From positions 334,146 through 398,145 of the forward strand of contig CAZFRF010000001.1 of assembly GCA_964521295.1 (NCBI GenBank): a DNA stretch of 64,000 nucleotides. The letters run 5' to 3'. The position numbers and the translations under genes are program-made. The DNA comes from an uncultured Gammaproteobacteria bacterium (lineage in GTDB: Bacteria > Patescibacteriota > Microgenomatia > Levybacterales > UBA12049). The notes under the pieces were generated by a model. That model saw only the letters and a list, made by a program, of their open reading frames with translations, was not told where the DNA came from and ran no database searches. Of this stretch, positions 1-8,231 are shown in pieces; the stretch's first letter is position 1, and every line of letters begins with the position of its first letter.

Positions 1-1096
1 TTCCAGTAAGTAAAACCAAATCTCCTTTTTTAGCCATTTGAATAGCTGCGATTATTGCTTGTTTTCTGTCTGGAATTTTAATAACTTCTGCTTTAGTATT
101 TTCAATACCGCCTGCAATCTCTTCAGTAATTTTACTCACATCTTCTCCTCTTGGATCTTCAGCGGTTAAGACTATAATATCTGCAAAGCTTGCAGAAATT
201 TCTCCCATATAGGGTCTTTTATTTACATCTCTTTCACCTGCAGATCCAAATACATGAATTATTCTCCCTTTAACTAAAGGCCTTAAGCTTTTTAAAAGTT
301 GCTCAAACGCATTTGGCGTATGAGCAAAATCAATCATTACATTAAATTCACCTTTATATATAAAATCAAGTCGTCCCTTGGGAAGCTCAAAACTTTCTAA
401 GGCCTTAACGATATCCTGATCATCAATTCCTAATTTTCTACACGCAGCAACAGCAGCTAAGATATTATATTTATTAAAATCGCCAATCATTTTTGTATCT
501 GGAATTTTAAACACAATTGGATTAATTTCTGCGGTTTCAGATAAACCATAGCTAATCCAATTTCTTGAATCTTTATTTGATTTAGCATTAATTAACATTT
601 CATATGCCTTGTCATCCTTATTAACAATATTTATTTCCGAATTAATTAAAAGCTTTTCTTTAGTTTTTAAATAATTGTCATATGTCTTATGGTAATCTAG
701 ATGCTCTGAGGTAACATTAGTTAAAACTGCAATCTTAAAGTTAATACCGGCAATACGATTTTGATCAATAGCATGAGAGGTAGTTTCTAAAATAAAATAT
801 TCACATTTTGCTTTTACAGCTTTTCTTAAAATCTTTTGAGTTAAATATGCACCCGGTGTAGTGACGTGGAATCCTATTGGATTTGTTTTATTGGAAATAA
901 CAGATCCAAGGCTTGAAATCATCCCAACCTTTTTGCCTGATTCCTTAAGAATATGATAGATAAGATTAACGGTTGTTGTTTTACCATCTGTACCCGTTAC
1001 CCCAACAATTATTAATTTCCTCGATGGAAAAAGAAACATTAAATTTGCCAAATATGCGCTAATTAAATGGTAAACATTCTTGAGCTTTCGCCACAT
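1..1096 (-). CDS. murE: UDP-N-acetylmuramoyl-dipeptide--amino acid ligase MurE (3' end outside window)
   Basis: Not in the ORF track. Manual translation from ATG at 1096 gives MWRKLKNVYH...GVTGTDGKTTT, HVTTPG, ETTSHAIDQ, TNVTSEHLDYH, DFAHTPNA, FGSAGERD and TAEDPRGE. Confidence 0.93.
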   Translation of the reverse strand, partial: MWRKLKNVYHLISAYLANLMFLFPSRKLIIVGVTGTDGKTTTVNLIYHILKESGKKVGMISSLGSVISNKTNPIGFHVTTPGAYLTQKILRKAVKAKCEYFILETTSHAIDQNRIAGINFKIAVLTNVTSEHLDYHKTYDNYLKTKEKLLINSEINIVNKDDKAYEMLINAKSNKDSRNWISYGLSETAEINPIVFKIPDTKMIGDFNKYNILAAVAACRKLGIDDQDIVKALESFELPKGRLDFIYKGEFNVMIDFAHTPNAFEQLLKSLRPLVKGRIIHVFGSAGERDVNKRPYMGEISASFADIIVLTAEDPRGEDVSKITEEIAGGIENTKAEVIKIPDRKQAIIAAIQMAKKGDLVLLTG

Positions 1097-1102
1097 AGTC
1101 GT

Positions 1103-1108
1103 ATTATA
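1103..1108 (-). promoter_or_regulatory. -10 box (TATAAT) 6 nt upstream of murE ATG; likely leaderless promoter
   Basis: Minus strand reads ggTATAATacgactATG; no SD motif. Confidence 0.65.
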
Positions 1109-1137
1109 CCTTCTTTATCAAAAAGCTACTAGTTTTA

Positions 1138-1143
1138 TATAAT
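1138..1143 (+). promoter_or_regulatory. -10 box (TATAAT) 6 nt upstream of DUF192 gene ATG
   Basis: TATAATaaccttATG, divergent from the murE promoter. Confidence 0.6.
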
Positions 1144-1149
1144 AACCTT

Positions 1150-1470
1150 ATGCTAATAAATATCTCTACTAAAAAAACCGCAAATATCCCAATTCGTAAA
1201 TTAAATGAACTTGAAAAATTAGTTGGGATGATTAAATTTAAAAATTGTGGTATTTTTTTTACTACTCGCTTTGGCATCCATTCTTTTTTTCTTAAAGAGA
1301 CAATTGAAGTAATAATTTTAGATAAAAATAACCAGGTAAAATTGATTAAACTTTTAAAACCAAATCGGATCTTTATCTGGAATCCTGTTTTTACAAAAGT
1401 ACTAGAACTTCCCAAAGGAAGTATTGAAACTTTAAATTTAAACTTGGGCAACATTATAAAATATAATTAA
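1150..1470 (+). CDS. DUF192 family protein
   Basis: 106 aa with GIHSFFLKETIEVIILDKNNQV...LKPNR...VLELPKG, the typical DUF192 pattern. Confidence 0.8.
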   Translation: MLINISTKKTANIPIRKLNELEKLVGMIKFKNCGIFFTTRFGIHSFFLKETIEVIILDKNNQVKLIKLLKPNRIFIWNPVFTKVLELPKGSIETLNLNLGNIIKYN

Positions 1471-2807
1471 AGCGATTTTGCTCTTAATTTATCCCAGAAT
1501 TCACCACGCCTACAAAGCTTAGCCGCATCGGTCGCATCCTTAAGCAACATTTCGACTACTCTTTCTAAATACAAAGTGTTTTGTGAACCCTTAACTAAAA
1601 TCATATCTTTTGGTTGAATTAAATCATAAATTTTTTCTTTTGCCTGAGTATAGTTAGCAAATGACAAGACATTAAATTTTTCATTTTTTAAAATCGGTTC
1701 AATGTACTTTTGCGATAAAGGACCAATTAAAATTACAAAGTCCAAAGTTTCCAGAATTTTCTTTGCTACTTCCTCATGGACAATTCTACTCATTGTACCC
1801 AACTCCCTCATGTCTCCAATGATTCCCACTCTTCTTCTTGCTTTACCAACATCTTTAATAAAATCAAGTAAATCTAAAATGGGAGTCAATGTTGCATTAT
1901 TATATGAAGAATCAATTAAAATCGTATCTTTAACACCTTTAAAAACTGTCATTCTACCTGCAGGTAATGAGAAATTTTCTTCTAGCGCCTTTATGCATTT
2001 ATCAATATCTAAAATTTTTACAGATGCTGATGCAATAGCGAGCATAAAAGAGTAAGCAAAGTGTATTGGCAATGGGTTATCAATATTAATCTGATAATCT
2101 TGATTTTGATATCTAAAATCAACAACAAATTTGTCTACAAAATTTTGCACTTTTACAATATAAAAATCAGCACCCTTATCTTTTGCAGACACTGTTAACT
2201 TAATGGCTTTGACTTGAGATTGCAAGGTTTTAATATTTTCATCATCTAAATTAATAATCGCGTAATCTTTTGTGCCCTGTGAGGTCAGGAGTAAGCCTTC
2301 TTGTTTTTTTGTTAAATTTAAAATATCTTCCTCTCTGTGTTTACCATTTTCTCCCAATACTAATGGGTCAAAATATTGACTATGCTCAAATCCAATATTG
2401 GTTAATACTGCTAAGTTAGGCTTAATTATTTTAAGCAAATAGCTCATATTCTTTGGCTCCAAAGGTCCATCTATGCCCATTTCTACAACATAAATTGAAT
2501 ACTTTTTCCAGTCAAATACAACTCTTAGAGGCGCTAAAGCAAATATCTTTAACCAATCTCTTTTGGTGTAGTTTTTATTTACTAGGTTTAAAATATCTAA
2601 GGGAATACCAGTTTCGCTATTTTTGCCCTTGCTTTGTTTTACAGTCTGGCTAGACTGCAAAATTAAATAAATAAAATTAGACAAAGATGTCTTGCCACTT
2701 GCTCCACCGACACCTACTATAAAAGGGTTAATTTTTTTAAGCTGAAGCCTTGCAAAAAACCTCAAATAACCTAAAAAAAACTTAACAGCCAATTGCCTTA
2801 AATTCAT
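1467..2807 (-). CDS. murF: UDP-N-acetylmuramoyl-tripeptide--D-Ala-D-Ala ligase MurF
   Basis: P-loop GASGKTS, NSETGIPL, VEMG, IDSSYN, GDMRELG, LVKGSQ; dcw context. Confidence 0.9.
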   Translation of the reverse strand: MNLRQLAVKFFLGYLRFFARLQLKKINPFIVGVGGASGKTSLSNFIYLILQSSQTVKQSKGKNSETGIPLDILNLVNKNYTKRDWLKIFALAPLRVVFDWKKYSIYVVEMGIDGPLEPKNMSYLLKIIKPNLAVLTNIGFEHSQYFDPLVLGENGKHREEDILNLTKKQEGLLLTSQGTKDYAIINLDDENIKTLQSQVKAIKLTVSAKDKGADFYIVKVQNFVDKFVVDFRYQNQDYQINIDNPLPIHFAYSFMLAIASASVKILDIDKCIKALEENFSLPAGRMTVFKGVKDTILIDSSYNNATLTPILDLLDFIKDVGKARRRVGIIGDMRELGTMSRIVHEEVAKKILETLDFVILIGPLSQKYIEPILKNEKFNVLSFANYTQAKEKIYDLIQPKDMILVKGSQNTLYLERVVEMLLKDATDAAKLCRRGEFWDKLRAKSL

Positions 2808-2813
2808 ACTCTT

Positions 2814-2819
2814 ATTATA
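2814..2819 (-). promoter_or_regulatory. -10 box (TATAAT) 6 nt upstream of murF ATG
   Basis: Minus strand gTATAATaagagtATG. Confidence 0.6.
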
Positions 2820-2821
2820 CC

Positions 2822-4510
2822 TTATTGCTCTATTTCAGTAGGCGGAACTTGATAGTAATTTAAAACCGCCCTAGCAATGTCAAAAAATGTAGGCGCTGCT
2901 GTTTCTGCTCCATAAATAGATGTTGTGGGTCTATTATAAATAACAATCATGACAAATTTGGGATTAACTGAAGGTGCAAAACCGACAAATGAAGCAATCG
3001 TTTGATTAGGATCATAATGACCAGCAATTGGAATAGATGCAGTACCGGTTTTACCCGCAATTCTGTATCCCTTAACGCGAGCAAAAGATGCTTCACCTTT
3101 ATTTACAGCGTTTACCATAATCTCAGCCATAACCCTAGCAGTATTTGGACTAATTGCTCGATCTAATTCTTTAGGTTTAATATTTACCCTATTCCCATCT
3201 GAATTAATAATTGTTGTAACTACATGCGGTTCCATTCTTTTTCCATCATTAGCAATTGCTCCAATCGCAGAAAGAATTTGCAAAGGAGTTACAGATATAC
3301 CTTGTCCAAATCCAGTTGTTGCTAAATCAACTGGATACCAATACGCAGGGGGCTTAAGAGGCGCTGAAACCTCTCCCTGCAAATCTATTCCAGTATTGCT
3401 ACCGATACCAAACTTATTTAAAGAACTAATCATTCCATTAACTCCTAATTTTTGAGCAACAAAGACCATACCTGTATTATCTGAATGCTGAATTGTTTCA
3501 ATCATGTTTATGTTTTTAATGTATTCATCATTCCACGTATGAATATCGTATCCTCCAATAGCAACGGGTCCTGCACAAATATCACATTGAGTCTTAGGAG
3601 TAACTAACCTTCCATCTAATGCTGCTGACATGACTAAAGGCTTAAAGGTTGAACCCGGTTCATACAAATCTGAAACAAAAGGATTTTTATACAATTCATC
3701 TGAGTATTCCCAATATTCCCTTTGATCGAAAGAGGGGTAATTTGCTAATGCCAAAATATTACCAGTTTTAGGATCCATAATACCTACCATTCCCGATGTT
3801 GCACCAAATTTTTCAACACCTTCTTTGATCTTTTTTTCGACAAGATATTGAATTGATCTATCAATAGAGAGCACCAGACTTGATCCGTCAATCTGGCCAG
3901 AAGTGGCACTCATCTTTGCTAAAATTGGTCTTCCAAAAGCATCGTTAACTGAAACAGCTACTCCTTCTACGCCCTTTAACAATCGATTGTAGTAACCCTC
4001 TAAGCCAAAATAGCCCTTATCATTGCCCTCATCATCTTTTCCCACAAAACCAAGCAGAGTTGCTGCCATAGAAGCTTCCGGATAGAATCGAGAATATTTT
4101 TCGGAAAAACCAATTCCTTTTAAACCAAGTTCTTCAATTTTTTTCTTAGTATCAACATCGACATCATTTTTAATTGGAACCCAAACTCGATCAAGACTTA
4201 AACTACCGCTTATAGAAGCTGAATCAACTGACAAAAGCGTTCCCAGCAGTTGAGAAACTTGCTCTTTATTTTTAACCTCCTTAGGATTTGCAAATATCTG
4301 ATACGAAATTTTATTTGTAGCTATGGGGAAATCATCAGATGTTCTTATTTCGCCTCTTTTGGGAAAAAGTTTAATTGCGTTACCGTATTGAAGTTGTCCT
4401 AAGCTCGATAACTCACTAGCTTTAACAATTTGCCAATAGAAAAGCCTACTAACAACAAGTAAAAAGCCAAAAATAATAATTAACAAACAAACCTTATATC
4501 TCCAAATCAT
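2822..4510 (-). CDS. ftsI: Class B penicillin-binding protein (FtsI/PBP2 family transpeptidase)
   Basis: N-terminal TM, RGEI, RFYP, GLEGYYN; catalytic STFK, SDN and KTG motifs; follows mraZ-rsmH-ftsL. Confidence 0.9.
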   Translation of the reverse strand: MIWRYKVCLLIIIFGFLLVVSRLFYWQIVKASELSSLGQLQYGNAIKLFPKRGEIRTSDDFPIATNKISYQIFANPKEVKNKEQVSQLLGTLLSVDSASISGSLSLDRVWVPIKNDVDVDTKKKIEELGLKGIGFSEKYSRFYPEASMAATLLGFVGKDDEGNDKGYFGLEGYYNRLLKGVEGVAVSVNDAFGRPILAKMSATSGQIDGSSLVLSIDRSIQYLVEKKIKEGVEKFGATSGMVGIMDPKTGNILALANYPSFDQREYWEYSDELYKNPFVSDLYEPGSTFKPLVMSAALDGRLVTPKTQCDICAGPVAIGGYDIHTWNDEYIKNINMIETIQHSDNTGMVFVAQKLGVNGMISSLNKFGIGSNTGIDLQGEVSAPLKPPAYWYPVDLATTGFGQGISVTPLQILSAIGAIANDGKRMEPHVVTTIINSDGNRVNIKPKELDRAISPNTARVMAEIMVNAVNKGEASFARVKGYRIAGKTGTASIPIAGHYDPNQTIASFVGFAPSVNPKFVMIVIYNRPTTSIYGAETAAPTFFDIARAVLNYYQVPPTEIEQ

Positions 4511-4791
4511 GGTTTGGCAGCAATTGGTAGCTTTGAGCTTATCACATATGAAGTCTTTCCATCAACATATCCCATGGTAGAGGCTTTTTTCTCGATATTA
4601 GTAAGAGAAGCTTCTTCGTAAACTTTTTGAGCTAAAATTGCATTCTCAGTTTCTAATTTTGCCAATTCTTCTTCTGTATCTCCAAGCATTACTCCTGAGG
4701 TAGCAATATTATTGGACACTAAAGTTTTGACAACAGATAAAACAATTACTACAATTACCAAAACTAATATCAATAGGGCAGATTTTTTCAT
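4507..4791 (-). CDS. FtsL-like cell division protein
   Basis: 94 aa with one TM, a coiled coil and IEKKASTMG; occupies the ftsL position between rsmH and ftsI. Confidence 0.7.
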   Translation of the reverse strand: MKKSALLILVLVIVVIVLSVVKTLVSNNIATSGVMLGDTEEELAKLETENAILAQKVYEEASLTNIEKKASTMGYVDGKTSYVISSKLPIAAKP

Positions 4792-4792
4792 A

Positions 4793-5686
4793 TTAATTTT
4801 TTTCTATAACTCTTAAAATTGCGCTTTTAGCTCGAGAATTAGAATTTGATTCTTCTTCACTTGCTTTAATAATTTCTTTATTTATCATTTTCCCCATATT
4901 ATTTTTTTCTAAATTTAGAAAAAATTCTTTAACTATTTTGTCCTCTTTGGAATGAAAGCTAATTACTGCTATTCTTCCTTTAGACTCTAAGAGATCAAAA
5001 GCTTTTGGTAAAACCTCTTCCAAGCTTGCCAACTCATCATTAACAGCAATTCTTAATGCTTGGAATACTTTTTGACTGATTTTATTTTTTGTAAAATCAG
5101 TTATTTCACCTTTTATTCCCAATGCTTTTGCAATAACTTCAGTCAGCTCCCCAGTTGTCTTAATTGCCTTTGTCTTTCTATGCTCTAGAATTGTTTTGGC
5201 GATTACTCTTGAATTTATTTCTCCCTGACTAAAAAATAAATCTGCTAATTCATCTTTTCCTAGCAAATTTACCAAATAATCAGCTGTTACTGGACTTTCT
5301 TTATCCATTCTCATGTCTAAAGGTCCATCCTTTAAGAAACTAAAACCGCGATTGCCTGAATCTATTTGATGAGATGAAACTCCTAGGTCAAATAAGATTC
5401 CTGAAACCCTATCGAATCCATTAGCATTTGCGATTTTATCTAGCTGTCTAAAGTTTCCCTTAGCTAAAACCATTTGGTCTTTATACTCGCTTTTCTCTAG
5501 TTTTTGTTTTACGTAATTTAATGCGTCTTGATCCTGATCAATTCCTAATACTCTTCCCCCGTTTTGCATAATTGCAAAAGTATGGCCTCCACCTCCTAGA
5601 GTAGCGTCAATATATAGTCCTCCTGGCTTTATTTGTAAAAGATCAATTACTTGCCTAAGTAATACTGATACATGATAGTTATCCAT
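4793..5686 (-). CDS. rsmH: 16S rRNA m4C1402 methyltransferase RsmH
   Basis: HVSVLL, DATLGGGGH, DLGVSSHQ, RGFSF, PLDMRM, FQALRIAVNDE, SFHSKED. Start moved to ATG 5686 (MDNYH). Confidence 0.96.
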   Translation of the reverse strand: MDNYHVSVLLRQVIDLLQIKPGGLYIDATLGGGGHTFAIMQNGGRVLGIDQDQDALNYVKQKLEKSEYKDQMVLAKGNFRQLDKIANANGFDRVSGILFDLGVSSHQIDSGNRGFSFLKDGPLDMRMDKESPVTADYLVNLLGKDELADLFFSQGEINSRVIAKTILEHRKTKAIKTTGELTEVIAKALGIKGEITDFTKNKISQKVFQALRIAVNDELASLEEVLPKAFDLLESKGRIAVISFHSKEDKIVKEFFLNLEKNNMGKMINKEIIKASEEESNSNSRAKSAILRVIEKN

Positions 5687-6119
5687 TTTTCTCGCCTTCC
5701 TGGGCAAGTCTTTGCGAAATTACGTCAATTCTTTTCGCTAAACCTTTTTGATACTCTTCCCAAATCTCTTTATCCCAAATTTCAACGTAACGGGATAAAC
5801 CTACGAATACGATTGCATCTTTAATTTGTCCAAATTGTCTAAGATAGTCTGGTAATATAAACCTGCCCTTAGAGTCGAGCTCAATGTCTGATGCTCCTCC
5901 AAGTAGGAAACGTTGAGTTTCCCTTGTCTCGGATTGAATAAAAGGCTTACCCTCTGTTCCTTCCAAGAGCGCTTTCCAGTTTTTTTCTGATACAACGATG
6001 AGTGAGTTCTCATATCCTTTGGTAACAATTAACTTATCTCCAAGAATTTCTCTAAATTTCTTAGGTAATGCACTTCTTCCTTTTTGATCAACTTTTGTTT
6101 CATGCTGTCCAATTAACAT
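5679..6119 (-). CDS. mraZ: Division/cell wall cluster transcriptional repressor MraZ
   Basis: DQKGR and DSKGR repeats, EIWD. Start moved to ATG 6119 (MLIGQH, 146 aa), preceded by GGAGG. Confidence 0.95.
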   Translation of the reverse strand: MLIGQHETKVDQKGRSALPKKFREILGDKLIVTKGYENSLIVVSEKNWKALLEGTEGKPFIQSETRETQRFLLGGASDIELDSKGRFILPDYLRQFGQIKDAIVFVGLSRYVEIWDKEIWEEYQKGLAKRIDVISQRLAQEGEKNG

Positions 6120-6130
6120 CTCCCGCCTCC

Positions 6131-6160
6131 TTTTCCCACTATTTCCCCTTTTTTCCCACT
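6131..6160 (-). promoter_or_regulatory. MraZ-binding direct repeats (DCW box)
   Basis: Minus strand AGTGGGAAAA-AAGGGGAAAT-AGTGGGAAAA: three units with a 10-bp period directly upstream of mraZ, resembling known (G)TGGG MraZ boxes. Confidence 0.8.
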
Positions 6161-6167
6161 TTATATC

Positions 6168-6196
6168 ATTTTGAGCCAGTTTGAGATGTATGTCAA
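6168..6196 (-). promoter_or_regulatory. sigma70-type promoter of the mraZ operon
   Basis: TTGACA (6191-6196), 17 bp, CAAAAT (6168-6173); an alternative TGaTATAAA lies just downstream. Confidence 0.55.
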
Positions 6197-6222
6197 TAGG
6201 TATTTGCAGGGGTTTAGTGTAT

Positions 6223-6252
6223 AAAAAAGAAAAAATCACTACATTTAGTGAA
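6223..6252 (-). terminator. Intrinsic terminator of the 6264..6923 gene
   Basis: Inverted repeat TCACTA-4 nt-TAGTGA (6236-6251) followed on the minus strand by TTTTTCTTTTTT. Confidence 0.6.
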
Positions 6253-6263
6253 ATGAGTAAAAT

Positions 6264-6923
6264 TTATCTTTCTTTTCTTACAAATGGGCAAGAGGTGATC
6301 ATTGCCTCTTTACATCTTTGTGCCCAAGGAGCAAGCTCGGAAACAGCTTGAATCTCTTGTAATAAAACTCTTCTATCTTCTTGCTGTTCACTAGTTCTGT
6401 ACCTAAAGGGAGCATTACCATCGATAACCTGATCGATTAAAGGCTGAGTTGCTGAAACTCTTAATCTCTCTAATGGAACAGGATTTTGAATCAAAACTTC
6501 AGGCAAAGAAAAATCTTGACCCCCTCTTAATCTTTCGAGGTAACTATCAAGAGATAGTCCATGAGACAAATATGCAAAATCTCCATCCTCACGCGCTTTA
6601 CTATCATAAGCACAGTATGTATTGGTAAATAAAATATAGGCGTAATCATACACCCTAATTCTATCCGTAGGAGCCACTTCTACCTCTAACAACATTTGCC
6701 CAATACCTGAATCCAAACTAATTAAATCACTCCAAGCATCGGGATAATCTTTATTAAGTCTCCAACTAGCAGGTAAGGGATCTGTTAGGGTAAACACTGA
6801 ATAAGGAGAGTTTCCCGATTCGGTTGGCATACTTTTTGGCACTAAACCTTTAAATCCCTGCTCGCCAGTTCCTTGACTAATATGTTTCCACAAATTTGGC
6901 CTTGTATAATGATATAAAATCAT
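6264..6923 (-). CDS. Hypothetical protein with ADP-ribosyltransferase-like motif pattern
   Basis: LYHYT...GLVP...VFTL...LLEVEV...PEVLIQNPVPLERLRV; own -10 (6932-6937) and terminator. Confidence 0.55.
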   Translation of the reverse strand: MILYHYTRPNLWKHISQGTGEQGFKGLVPKSMPTESGNSPYSVFTLTDPLPASWRLNKDYPDAWSDLISLDSGIGQMLLEVEVAPTDRIRVYDYAYILFTNTYCAYDSKAREDGDFAYLSHGLSLDSYLERLRGGQDFSLPEVLIQNPVPLERLRVSATQPLIDQVIDGNAPFRYRTSEQQEDRRVLLQEIQAVSELAPWAQRCKEAMITSCPFVRKER

Positions 6924-6961
6924 AAGAAGATATTATACTATGAGATTAATTTAAATGCTAC

Positions 6962-7435
6962 TTAGAGGCTAGGTAGATCAACAGTTGAGGAGTAAACACT
7001 GCCATCTTCTTTGGTTATTTTCAAAACAATTTTTACATCTTTAACATCTGTATCGTAGTGACAAACATCCGAACATGTACCAAGTTTAATTTCTTTTGTG
7101 GCAGGAGCCTTCTTTAGGTCTAACATACCAATTACTCCTCTTGGTATATCGCCTTTAGCCAAATATGAAAGCTCATAATCAATTGAAGTAATACCTTCGA
7201 TTTTTTCCACTGTTAGGATAACAGTTTTTTTATCAGGACCTGCTTCTAAAGTTAATCCTAGATCCGCAGCTGCGATTGTTGGAATTGGTGCTTCAGATGG
7301 CAAAATATTATCGTTAACTTGCTGTGTTTTACTCGTATTTAATGTTTTTACTACAAAGAATCCTAATATAACTACAACTAAAACTAATACACCTAAAATC
7401 CCGAGGAGTTTTTTATTATTTAATAAGTTCGCCAT
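6962..7435 (-). CDS. Membrane-anchored hypothetical protein
   Basis: N-terminal TM and a beta-rich ectodomain with LGTCSDVCHYD; TTGACA-17-TATGCT promoter upstream. Confidence 0.75.
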   Translation of the reverse strand: MANLLNNKKLLGILGVLVLVVVILGFFVVKTLNTSKTQQVNDNILPSEAPIPTIAAADLGLTLEAGPDKKTVILTVEKIEGITSIDYELSYLAKGDIPRGVIGMLDLKKAPATKEIKLGTCSDVCHYDTDVKDVKIVLKITKEDGSVYSSTVDLPSL

Positions 7436-7480
7436 GTATTTAAATTAGCATAAATAATTTAGCTTTCTTTGTCAAGTAAA

Positions 7481-8188
7481 TTATTTAGAGGTAACTTTGG
7501 CAGTAGATAAAAATCTTAATAGATGCTCTCCGTATTCAAAAATATCAGGTAACCCATACCCATAATGAGCCCCAGGATATTCATAAAGACCAAATCCAAA
7601 ACGTTGTTTTGCAAAATCTGAATGAGGTCTAAGAGTAGTTAAATCGTATCTTTGATCAATTGCTGCTCCTGTTTCTGAATCTGGAACCCTAAGCACTAAC
7701 TCACCACGAGAAAAAACTGTTGGATGTTTAAAATCTTCTTCAGTATCTCCTCTATAAACATTAATAGGTGTGTCTCTAAAATATAAACTAACTAGTGGAT
7801 TTAATGGATCAGGAAATACAACATCCATAAAAATAGGCGCCAAATGACCTCCTCTATAAACCTGCTCTCTTACAGTCATTTCTACTCTATGAGGACTTAA
7901 AGCGTCTACTGGGCCATGAATTACACCTTGGTATTCATGTTCAATCATAGACTCTACAATTGTATATCTTGGCTGCATATTACCCATAGATGGAGGCGCT
8001 ATTTCAGCTGTATTAACACCTACTAAAGTAAGACTTGCTCTATTTTTATTACCCCATTCTCTTAAACCCAAGAAAACATTTCCGCCTCTTAAACGGGCTT
8101 CGTGGTGCAAAGCAGAATCCTCTGTCCCACGCGATTGAGAAGCTGCAATTCTTTTGGCTAAACCAGGAGTATATCTTTCAAGTTTCAT
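7481..8188 (-). CDS. Hypothetical protein (orphan)
   Basis: 235-aa ORF filling the gap; TATAAT (8195-8200) 6 nt before ATG; no recognisable family. Confidence 0.7.
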   Translation of the reverse strand: MKLERYTPGLAKRIAASQSRGTEDSALHHEARLRGGNVFLGLREWGNKNRASLTLVGVNTAEIAPPSMGNMQPRYTIVESMIEHEYQGVIHGPVDALSPHRVEMTVREQVYRGGHLAPIFMDVVFPDPLNPLVSLYFRDTPINVYRGDTEEDFKHPTVFSRGELVLRVPDSETGAAIDQRYDLTTLRPHSDFAKQRFGFGLYEYPGAHYGYGLPDIFEYGEHLLRFLSTAKVTSK

Positions 8189-8231
8189 GAATGTATTATA
8201 CCAAAAAAACTATTATAGGATCAATTTATAG

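Noticed and set aside
6131-6160. Short direct repeats as a possible CRISPR or iteron
   Set aside because: Only three 10-bp units with no spacers or cas/rep gene; explained as MraZ boxes.
6120-6239. 40-aa N-terminal extension of MraZ in the ORF track
   Set aside because: It spans the promoter, operator repeats and SD; ATG 6119 gives a typical MraZ length.
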